From assembly GCA_002269645.1 (NCBI GenBank), contig NIVC01002593.1:11574-75573 (forward strand): 64,000 bases of DNA, read 5' to 3'. This document shows positions 11,770 to 21,694 of this stretch, piece after piece (positions within the stretch are counted from its first letter, which is position 1; the number at the start of each line of letters is the position of its first letter). The notes beneath the pieces are model-generated. The model did not search any database. It saw nothing but the letters and a program-made list of their open reading frames with translations, and was not told where the DNA came from. The position numbers were made by a program, and so were the translations under genes. Origin of the DNA: Macrostomum lignano (lineage: Eukaryota).

Positions 11770-13350
11770 ATTAGGGACTTTTGCGATATAAATTTTCCAT
11801 AGAAAGAAGGGACTGGAAACTAGGCTTCAGTGAGTAAGAAAAGTGGGGGCTGGCTGATTTAAGGTAAGAAGAACACCTGTATTTTATCAGCTTAAAAAGG
11901 AAGTAAAAAATCCAAGGATACGCCAATAAATCTAACGACGGACGCATTAACGAACGAGGAAACAAAAGTATAGATGGCTTAATGTGCATTTCATCAAACA
12001 TCAGTGCACAATTCCTACTAATTGGAGGCAGTGATGCAAATACATGAGAAGCAGTATGCTCTGCTTCACTCTGAGATGCAACGGTCGTAAAACAACCCAA
12101 CTGTTTCTGAAGAGTCTAGATGTGGCAGGCAAAGAATTTCTCGCAGAGTTGCGTAGCAAGCTTTGCTTTTAAGCATGAAGGTCAGACATAGCATAGCATA
12201 GTGAGTGCAGAGTAACAACGTCCATGCAGCATGATCACAAGGTCAGACAGCCGCAGCAGCAGCTGTTAAGCCAAGAAAAGCAGCGTTGTCCTAAGATCAG
12301 AATCTTCTACATCATCAGCAAGGCAACTTTGTTAGAAAAATCTGTTACAGACGTCTTCAGCAGTTTTACTAGTGGTGCTACGAGAAAGTTTTTAGCGCGA
12401 GCAATGATTTTGTCGAGAGCAGACCAGCTCTGAAGCTGACGGCCGAATCCAAGCAGATCAGATACGTCCACAGTGAGGCAGATGCGTAAAAGTCGGATCG
12501 GATCTTGACACTGAACTCGACCTTGACTCGGTTATTTTACTGAATAAATCCTTGCTGCCACTGAACTTCTTAATCGCCTCTTGACAGAAAGCTGGAAACT
12601 TATCAGGAATGGGTCCGTCTTCTTGAACAGTTCAAGCTCTCGATTATCATCAGCAGTTGCGCGCGATTCAGCTGAAACAAGCCTATTTGCATTTTTTCTT
12701 ATTGAGGGAGGTTTTACCTGCCGAAGCATTGTTGGCGGCAAATGAGCCAACTCGGTAGGTGAATCAGCCGGACGTTTTCGCCCCTTCTTTTTGACCATTT
12801 TGGCTCCCCAGATTCTCGACTTTGCCATTAACGATGTTGGGCAATGCAATGCGGGCCGCTAATTCTAATTCATAAGGATTTTTTCGTAGTTCTATGGGAA
12901 TTCAGAAAATTTGCGAAACCCCGAAAACCCGGTCCAAAATCTCGTCCCGAACCCCGATCCCGAACATTTATCGGGAACCCCGAACCCCATCCCGAACATT
13001 CATCGGGACCCCGAACCCCGACCCCTAATCCCGACCCCGAACCCCGACCTAACCCCAAACCCCGAACACCCCTAAATGCGGCCAACCAGCGCTGACGCTC
13101 CGCTTCGTCCGTTGGAAAGCGATAAATTCGCACGGCGTTGCTTTCTGGTTTGGAATCTTAGTATATTGAGCACCCGAAAACCGCGCACTTTTCTCACCAT
13201 GGCCGTAAGATGCTCTCGCTAACTAAGCTTTTTCAGCTAACAAATACACACATATTATTGAAATCAGCCAGCCTCAAAATTTCTTACTCATTAAAGCCGA
13301 GTTTCCAGTTCCTTCTTTCTATGGTAAATTTAGTATCGCAGAAGTCCCTG
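11770..13350 (-). mobile_element. Degenerate THAP-domain/P-superfamily transposase remnant flanked by an approximately 130-bp imperfect inverted repeat
   Basis: THAP-like start near 13200 (frameshifted MVRK-CAVFGCS), RIYRFPTDEAERQRWLAA at about 13080-13133, and ALMFDEMHIKPS (first catalytic Asp region of THAP9/P transposases) near 12000. Segment 11770-11900 is an inverted, diverged copy of 13225-13350. Confidence 0.7.
12918..13075. repeat. CCCGAA/CCCGAC-rich low-complexity insertion interrupting the THAP domain
   Basis: Repeated cccgaac/cccgac/cctaaccc units begin immediately after the WLAA codons. Confidence 0.8.
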
Positions 13351-13779
13351 GTTTCGCCCAAGATTGTTCCACTTGGCCAAGGAGTTCTATAGTTAGCAAC
13401 CTGGAGTGGAAACTAGTTTTTCAGTTTCCCAGACTAGCATAGACAGAGTCAGACAGAGCCATGGACATTCAGTGCTGGCTCCTTATCTTTACAATTGGCG
13501 TGGCCTCATGAGGTAAAACTCGTTTCCACTCCAGATTGCTAATAATAGAACTCCTTGACTTGGCTGATTAGAGCTTTGTCTATGTCTCAAATCGATTTCA
13601 AAGTTCAAAGTTTTAAAACAGCGGGCACGCAAGCTGCAGTTACTGAGGCTACATTCGAATCCTTCTCGAACTCTACTCGAAAACGAACGGCACAATATTA
13701 GCTTCGCTGTTTGCCAAAGTTTTTATTCGCTTAGTGGTGGCCGATGCTATTAAAGTTGTTGATGTCTCTTCAATAAGTC

Positions 13780-14270
13780 TCTTCGCTTCAAATTGAAATT
13801 GACGCTGATCCACACGAGACAGTAGTTGCAACATTCCTACACTATAGTGCTTCGCTCAAAGGTTGACGCTGATTCACGCAATCGTATTGCTGTACACACA
13901 TGCAACTATACAGCTATGTATCTACATTATTACCATAAATCCAGTAAATATCAATAAAGACAGTAGTAATTATCGTAACAGGCTCCTGCAGGAGCTTCGC
14001 TTAAGGTTTCAAGCTGATCCACACAATACAGTTGTTGCAACAGTCCTTGCAGGTGCTTCGCTCAAGGTTTCAAGCTGATCCACACAATACAGTTGTTGCA
14101 ACAGTCCTTGCAGGTGCTTCGCTCAAGGTTTCAAGCTGATCCACACAATACAGTTGTTGCAACAGTCCTTGCAGGTGCTTCGCTCAAGGTTTTACGCTAA
14201 TCCACGTACAGGAGACAGTAATCGCAACAACCCTAGAAGGTGCTTCGCTCCAGGTAGAATTTGACGCCAA
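13780..14270. repeat. 61-bp minisatellite: three near-perfect units from 13989 plus degenerate flanking units
   Basis: Unit caggtgcttcgctcaaggtttcaagctgatccacacaatacagttgttgcaacagtccttg starts at 13989, 14050 and 14111, with a partial copy at 14172. Confidence 0.92.
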
Positions 14271-15082
14271 GCGTTGATACAGCTAAGAGCGTTGGTCCAG
14301 CTGATCACTCATCCCTGCCATGATCGAGTTACTCATCTTGCATCGCTACTGCTCATCTTGCATTCAAATATTGAGTGCCGATTCCAGCACAGACTATGCC
14401 AGTTTCTACGCTCGTATTGACTGAGCATACACTACTGTCTTCAAAGCTAACTAACTTATTAAAAAATCGTATAATCTTTGCTATAAACTTTTCAGGGACA
14501 TGAAATCGTCCTAATTTTGACATGTTTTAGACAAAGTTGATCATCAAACGACGAAAAGACTCAATCATTTACGCTCATATCGTACATCTGACCAGGCCAT
14601 TAGCCATGGAAAACTTATCCTACCATACGTACTTCCGTATGGCATGAATATGGCAATGTTATTAATTACGAGCTGTCTGAGTCATGATATTTTATTCATT
14701 TTTATTTCAAAGTGTCATTAATGTAACTCATGCCATATGCTAGCAATACTTTACTTATAACACGCTCATAAATAACGTACAAAGGTTTCTTTATGTAGCA
14801 TAAATATTAACGCTCGTTTGGTAATTCTTTCTTTTCTTCGGAAATTTGGTAATTATTTAACCAAAAATGACGCAACAATTGAAAAGTTTCAAAGAAAACA
14901 AAACTTACATTGAATTATGGCACCTTCTTCAATATCATAAAACAACCAATAACCTAAAACTCAACAACGACGAAAAGTGTCCTAGGATGTTAGAACATAA
15001 TGAACTGTGGTTAATATTAAAAATAGGCTAAATTAAGTTAATAAGGTCGTGATTAACACCTCAAGTAAAATTCCCAGCCTAT

Positions 15083-15547
15083 TTAAGCCGCATCAGTTGA
15101 CTGAACTCTGTGCCGCACGGCGGGCGCCGCCATTGCTTCCTCCAGCGTGACGCGCTGCCGGTGCTGATGCGCCGTCTCCGAAGCCTCCACCGATAAGTCC
15201 TCCGGGTCCGTTTTCTGGTCGATGGATTCGATATCACCGCCTTCTTTATCGTCGTCGTCCTTTTCAATTTCGGGGTTGGCCTCGTCGCAAGCCCCCGGGT
15301 CAAGTTCAACATCCTCCGCCTGCACCACCTTGGTCCAGAGAATCGATGGATTACGGATCACATAGGCCACGTAGACTACCGCTGAGACACAGACATTGAA
15401 CATAATTTGCAGCACATCCCAGATGTTGTAGGTTCCCAGCACCCACTGCAGCATGAGCATAGAGAAGCTGTCCAGTGCTTTGTCTACCGGCTTCACAAAT
15501 TTGGCATGAATTACCTTCCAGGCGCTGAATAGAAAGTTGCTGGCCAT
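15083..15547 (-). CDS. Uncharacterised 154-aa protein (or terminal exon): hydrophobic segment followed by an acidic tail
   Basis: GC-rich open frame with host-like codon usage inside AT-rich DNA. Hydrophobic stretch SFSMLMLQWVLG...VCVSAVVYVAYVI, then a DDDDKEGGD tail. A pyrimidine tract plus CAG near 15541 could be a splice acceptor. Confidence 0.55.
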   Translation of the reverse strand: MASNFLFSAWKVIHAKFVKPVDKALDSFSMLMLQWVLGTYNIWDVLQIMFNVCVSAVVYVAYVIRNPSILWTKVVQAEDVELDPGACDEANPEIEKDDDDKEGGDIESIDQKTDPEDLSVEASETAHQHRQRVTLEEAMAAPAVRHRVQSTDAA

Positions 15548-17103
15548 TGGAAGAAAATAAAAAATTCTGAGTCTAGATCTACCGGGTAAGGCAGAATATT
15601 TGGACTTGAATTTGTGTCTCGCTTACTTCTTTAACTCTTCCTCCTGTACGAATACTCGTAGTGACCAGTTTTGTAGTCTTCCTGTGTAAATTTAAATCAA
15701 TATCGACTTTTCAGGATCACGGCCGAAGCTTCCTTTAAAATCAAAATTTCAAGAATCAAGCAGGAACTGCCTTCGTTTTCGTAATGGTAGTGGAAATCGT
15801 AAACTACGAAACGCTGCTGTCAACCCATAGGAGATTTAGAAACGGGGATTTTTATGAAAAAGGCGGAGGAGGAGGGACAGAGGGCAATAGACCACTGCTT
15901 GCTGTACGCCCATATTGATCCGAGACTCAGTCGAAAAACGGCTCGCTTTATTCCCAACACAGGGACGATCTCAACCACTCGAGCAATTGAACAACAGAGC
16001 GACCCAATCTCGTTTTCTCGCAGTCTTTGTCTCCTGGTCTTTAAATATTCGGCAATTGTCAAGTTCCGTTGAAAAATTTTTCAAAGGTTCTGGCCATAGA
16101 CTACTGCAGCTTTCCTGTGTCAGATACATTATAAAAAGTTTTGAAGCATAGAATTAGTGCTTAATCATGCAGGCTTAAGTCTTTTAAAAGTATTTATTTG
16201 TACTTAAAAAGTTCGTAGATTACTTTTCTGGAGTCAAAATAATTTAACGAACGAAACTTGACAATTGCCAAGTATCTAGTTGGGCTAATTGATTTTACAG
16301 CTGAGCACTGTTGAAGCGAGTAGACACTAATATTCTTTAATTTTCAATATTTATTATTGAAATCCGCACATTTGAGAAGCGACAAAAAGTGGCAGAAGTC
16401 ATACTGTATGCAAAAGTAAAAAAGCAAGTACAAGCGCTATAGCAAATATTTAATTCTTACCCTTTAATTAATATACGGCACTAGCCAAACTCTCTTCTTC
16501 GCATGGATGGCTAAATGTAACGAATTATTTAGACTGAATAGAGGTATGATTCGATGGCTGCCAAGACTTAGGACAGTTGGGACTCACGTATCCTGTACAT
16601 GTAGAACAAACCAGCAGCTCTGCTGTCTATGGTATTTCTTAAATTTATCTTGCGTTCAATAGCAGAATAAGCGCATTTAATAATAATTTGATCATTTCAT
16701 TTCATGATCTTAAAGGAAAGTTTAAACCATAGACAATTGAAGCCCACAGTATACATCCGGTCCGCAGTGTAGATCTACGTGTACTAGATAACAAAAAAGT
16801 TTGTTCGATTTCGCTTCTAAGAATCCAGAGCGGCAATTCGTTTTACTCGCCATTTTGCTGTCTTGTGAATATCGAATGTGCCATCACTTCGCCGCCCTCG
16901 GAGTCTCCACCATTCTGGTCCTAGAAGGTCTACAGGATTACTATTCCCACGTTAATCTGAGGGCCGCACAGAAATGCCATGTATTTGCCATTTCTTTTCC
17001 GGTCTATGGTATTTTAATTAGCTCGTAGTTGAGTGTAGTTATCAGTTATATTACCAGTCAGACTTGCAGCACTGGTAGATTGTATCACAGAATATACACA
17101 GAA

Positions 17104-17943
17104 TGCCGATTCGAGCATTTTTGTTCAAAAAATGGGTGCAAGAATTGAAATCACACCAGCCTACTCTTGTTGTGAAGCTTTGATAAGTAGGGCTTGAGTT
17201 TTTGCCATAAACTATTCTAAGAGCGACTTTTATTCTTTGCTTTCAACTGAAAACTAAGTTCAGTCTGAGCTTTTCTGCGCAGCATGGCTGGAAAATCCAC
17301 TGTCAACCACTTGTTGGGCTGTCTATCGCAGACCAACAGCAACTGCGAGAACGATGGCAGCACCTTGCTGACCGAGTTTCAGGCCAAAGTAACAGCAAGT
17401 GCAAGTGCGCCCAGTCCTGGTCCGCAGGGCGATGGTCTGATTTCAGCAGACTCCACTGAGGAAGCTCAATACCTGCCTGCTGGCACAGTCGGCAGCATTG
17501 AGAATGAGAAGTGCGCCTACATTGGAGGCTGGCTGCTTTTCAAGCTATTCAAATCTGAGGAAAAGTGCGAGGAGTGCCAGCAGTCGTTAAAAGGCGATGC
17601 GCTTCCTGCAGCTCAAGAACGGACAGGGCGGGACTGGAAATCTGATCATTCCCAACAAGGCAGTCATAGATCTGCAGTCTGTCAGATGGAAGGACGTCTG
17701 AAGGACGTGAGCAAACGGCTTCAGGAAAAGTTCTTTCCCATTGTTCTTGCAAATATTCAGACGCACAGCTCGAATCACGGCGAACGCTGCGCTAAGGCAA
17801 TGGCCAAGTTATTTGCCAGACTTCGCCTGCATCACTGGTGCAACAGTCAGAGGACGCTCGCTCAGCAGAGAAAGCGGGGGCGTACGACAGGAATAAAGAG
17901 AGCTGAAGAGAGGAAGAAGCTGATGCGATTAAATGCTGTTTGA
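17104..17943 (+). mobile_element. C-terminal remnant of a THAP9/P-superfamily transposase; degraded upstream segment plus an open 219-codon segment
   Basis: ORF 17284-17943 has SNCEND, CAYIGGWLLFK..KCEECQQ and NHGERCAKAMAKLFARLRLHHWC, resembling P-like C-termini. An acceptor ttttctgcgcag ends at 17282. Upstream stop-riddled RFEHFCSKNGCKN*NHT resembles the LENFF..GG.N.NP motif. Confidence 0.6.
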
Positions 17944-18325
17944 CTGTAGTTTAACTGTGATGCAAATGAATTCTGCTTAGCTGTTGTTTGTTGACGATGC
18001 GAATGAATTTTGCTTAACTGGAGTTCTTCAGAGTGTTTGATTTGTTTAGATGATAAAATACGAAAAAAATGATAAAATTTTACATTTGGTCCTCCAGGTA
18101 GGATCTCTGACTGCCTGCGAGACTTTGATAAATTATTCTTCGCTAATTTATACTACTGGCCATAGACTTCACAAGAGTAGTGCACACGAATTTTAATTCG
18201 GCTTCATGGAAATCGCTCGATTTGGCATTCTGTGTATATTCTGTGGATTGTATAGTATGCAACTGAGTTGAATAATGGCCATAGACACTCGTGCGCTACG
18301 CGCACGAGTAGCGCACGAGTAGCGC

Positions 18326-18537
18326 GGAATAATGACTGAGCGCTGAGTGAAAGTATAAATACAATGGTAGATTGTATAGTATGCAACTGAGTTGAATAAT
18401 GGCCAAAACTCGAGTGCGCTACACATAGACACTCGTGCGCTACGCGCACTCGAGTTTTGGCCATTATTCAACTCAGTTGCATACTATACAATCTACCATT
18501 GTATTTATACTTTCACTCAGCGCTCAGTCATTATTCC
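18326..18537. repeat. Perfect 93-bp inverted repeat with 26-bp loop (foldback/MITE-like)
   Basis: Arms 18326-18418 and 18445-18537 are exact reverse complements. A partial direct copy lies at about 18248-18280. Confidence 0.93.
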
Positions 18538-18663
18538 ACACTTTTGCTGCCATTATTCCACACTTTTGTCACTGTCATTATTCCACACTTTTTATCATGC
18601 TTCAATTGGCTGTTTTAAGAGTTGTTTTACCCATAGACGACTGAGTTGTGTGGCTTAGTTTGA

Positions 18664-19403
18664 CCATAGACAACACTGTGATGAGTGCTGATTTTGCTTG
18701 CGTCTTGCGAGAAATCAGTAAAGCGAGTAGTGGGAGAAAAAGCTATTTGTCTTGTCAAACAACTATGGCTATAGTGCATCTCGTCAAACAGCCGCGCCTA
18801 TTAATTGAAAAAATCTTCTTTTCGACGACTGAACGAACCGTGCGGCGCTACCTAGGAAGAAAACGCGACCATGCAGTCTTCAACGCCTCGACGGCTTTAA
18901 ACGATGCCTGAAAGCGGCCAATCGATTCAGTCGAGCAGCCGACAGTCCCAAAGAATCCCAGCTTGGATACTGCGGTACCAAAGAAGCTCATCAGACGAAG
19001 CTCATCAGTCGCATGCCAACTTAACCAAGTCGTGCATCTTTCAAATGGTAAGTTCGGCAACTATACTTGAGAACCTGTATTTCTCTTTCATAGAAAACAT
19101 TCAACATAGACCAACTCCTTTTGCAGTGCCAAATCATCAGGCTAAAGTGTCGAGCATCTTTGGAAACTGCGGCTTTGAGAACTGTGCATGTTTCACTTTG
19201 GGTGACAAATTGATTTTCACATTGTCAAATTTCGACTACAAACTGATGAACTGCACTAGCTGTGACATTTATTATTAACTCTTTTCGTGTAGCTGGTACT
19301 TTAGTTTTAATGATTTTTTCCTTTTTGTTCATTTACTTCTTGTTGTTCTGTATTTATTAACAAAAATACTGAGCGATGGATTTTTCAATCCAAATGTCTA
19401 TGG
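18664..19403 (+). mobile_element. Crypton-like tyrosine-recombinase element, C-terminal remnant, bounded by CCATAGAC...GTCTATGG
   Basis: REISKASSGRKSYLSCQTTMAIVHL...EKIFFSTTERTVRRYLGRKRDHAVFNASTAL resembles the degraded recombinase C-terminal box ending in the catalytic Tyr. It is followed by IFGNCGFENC, an F-x-N-C-x-F-x-N-C type tail recalled from Crypton/DUF3504 proteins. Recognised by eye, no HMM run. Confidence 0.55.
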
Positions 19404-19568
19404 TACACATCAAAACTGTGGAATAATGGCCAAAATATTTTTTCATTGCGTCTGGGTAAAAGTATAATTACAATGATGTTTACAATCTCAATAGAGCATG
19501 AGGCAACTCTCATAGTGCCCGCAATTTAAAACATAAAGTCTAGTGGTGGACAGAGAATATTTCGTATA

Positions 19569-19835
19569 CATAGAATATGCCTTTAAAAAGTGAAGCTGAT
19601 TTTCGCTTTCCGCCGGGAGTTTGGCTTTGGACCATAGACTAAAAATATATAAAAAATCAGGTGCTACGAGCTAGAAATATATATGCAATTAATTATTTGT
19701 ACTTGTACTTGTACGAGTATATTTATCACAAATATACTTTTAGCTCAAAACACTTAAGTTTATGGTCCAAAGCCAAACTCTCGGCGGAAAGTGAAAATCG
19801 GCTTCACTTTTTAAAGCTACGTTGGCATATTCTAT
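19569..19835. mobile_element. MITE with about 65-bp terminal inverted repeats
   Basis: ctttaaaaagtgaagctgattttcgctttccgccgggagtttggctttggaccata pairs with tatggtccaaagccaaactctcggcggaaagtgaaaatcggcttcactttttaaag. Confidence 0.8.
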
Positions 19836-19871
19836 GCATATGTATGTAATTATGTATGTAAGTATGTATAC

Positions 19872-20400
19872 ATAATCCATAGATATGGACTTTCCATGAC
19901 AATATTTGCGTTCTCCGGGATTTTATTTGGTAATATTCAATAATATCCCATAATCCATAGAAATAAAGACTTTCCGTGACAATATTTGCGTTCTCCGGGA
20001 TTTTATTTGGTAATATTCAAAAATATCCCGTAAAGTCTTTATGTTTATGGTTTATACGAGATTACACATGCCTTTTTCGGGAGTTATTTTCATAAATCCC
20101 TCGGGCCTCAGGCCCTCGTGATTTATACAAATAACTCCCTCAAAAGGCATGTTTAATCTGATACGTAAAGTCTTTATGTCTATGGTTTATACGAGATTAC
20201 ACCTTCGTGATTTATACAAATAACTCCCTTAAAAGGCATGTTTAATAAACCATAGATTTTATGCCTTCCGGTAGTATATTTAGAGATGCGGTATGTTAAT
20301 ACAACTCCGGGATATTATCCAATATAATCCCGGAGTCTAGTCTATGGTTTTTAAGAGATTACACATGCCTTTTTCGGGGGTTATTTTCATACCGCGTAAG
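19872..20400. repeat. Nested cluster of short direct duplications and foldback MITEs sharing CCATAGA/TCTATGG boundaries
   Basis: An approximately 78-bp direct repeat from 19872, three copies of tttat..gagattacac, inverted aaaggcatgt/acatgccttt arms, and the palindrome ccctcgggcctcaggccctcg. Confidence 0.75.
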
Positions 20401-21145
20401 AAATCTAAAGACTGTCAATGGACTGAGGCGGAAGGCCTTTTAGTTCAATAGATGGAATGGCAGCGAAGATGTTGCACTGCATTGCGCATATATTTATACA
20501 AGTGAAAACAGCGCGAGATTATTGAGGGGCCAAGGGAGGTGCGCACATGTGGCGTGGCGTGACTGGCTACGCCAACCCCCCTGGCTTAGCGAGCCGGCTA
20601 GCGCGGGGCGCCACCACCCCACCTCAGCTAGACAGAGGTTGGCGGGGGGGTTTCCAGTGCGGCTGCACTGGTGCTGCCGGTCGCATTGTCTGGCCGCCAC
20701 AGGACTATATATCTAATGTTTCCACAACTTGGCTCGGTCTTGTGGAAAAAAAGAACTATAGCTCAACAGTCTATGGTTCTGATCGAAACGGAACAGTCCC
20801 GAGTTTGATGCGATAGCGATAGTTTGATGCTGTGTAAGCAATTTGATTACAACGCTTGCGCACGAAATAGCTGAAGACATTAGTAACTTTGCCAGTATAG
20901 CGAGAATGGAGACACCCTCAAGCCCTCGCTTCGATTTTATCCCCCACTTGTCCCGGTCAAATAAGTCTATGGTCTAGTGTTGAAGCATTTATTTGTCCGG
21001 GACGAAGAAATATTTATTTGTCCCAGACGAAGAAACGATTTATTTGGAACTGACAATAACAACAAAAAGCCACAAAAAGCAACTATGGTTGACACTAACG
21101 CTAATAGACTGATAGTCAATGACAGTAAAGCACTTTTTGTCTTTC

Positions 21146-21694
21146 TCACTTCATAGTGATCACGATGGTGTTATCATTTCTAGAAACTTCGATTCGCATT
21201 TTCTTCGCAGGAGAAAAAAACCGTCGTAGACCCAGTTGTCGGAGCGCCTCCAGCATCACGAGCAGTGGCAACCGTCGTAGTCCCAGTTGTTGGAGCGCCT
21301 CCAGCATCACGAGCAGTGGCAACCGTCAGAGTCCTTGAGGTCGAAGCATCTGCAGATCCGATTTGCTCATCTCATGCAGCTCCTTGAGCACCATCAGTCC
21401 AGTTTCCTCGCCAGACGCCCACTGTGTCTTCTTTTCGTTGTGCCATTCCATGAATGTGTTGACCACCCAAGTAGCTTTCTTCTTAGTAGCTTCTGGCACA
21501 CAGCCATCGACAACAGCCATGACCTCTTCTTCCGACGTAAGCATTAGTTATTCTTCACCTCAGGAGTTAATATACTCGTATATGGCTTTTTATTTCGACT
21601 TTAGATAAACCAGCTGATTGGGCAGTTTGGTGTATTCTGTGGGTTTGCTTGTCTCAGTTGAGTTTTCAGTCCAAAATTTGCGCGGTGTCTATGG
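21146..21694 (-). mobile_element. Crypton-like element, internally deleted: 132-codon ORF (21544-21146) with one in-frame TGA; CCATAGAC terminus 150 bp upstream
   Basis: MLTSEEEVMAVVDGCVPEATKKKATWVVNTFMEW resembles the Crypton/ZMYM/KCTD1 N-terminal VP.NT.K.T.W.V..F..W motif. The frame continues GL*RLPLLVMLEALQQLGLRR x2 (51-bp repeat at 21221/21272) to FFSPAKKMRIEVSRNDNTIVITMK*. Confidence 0.6.

Noticed and set aside
13989-14190. CRISPR-like appearance of regular repeats (also 34257-34745 and 7514-7732)
   Set aside because: The units are contiguous with no unique spacers, there are no cas genes, and the context is eukaryotic.
15820-16062. 80-aa ORF upstream of the orphan gene
   Set aside because: No recognisable motif, and no splice donor linking it to 15547-15083.
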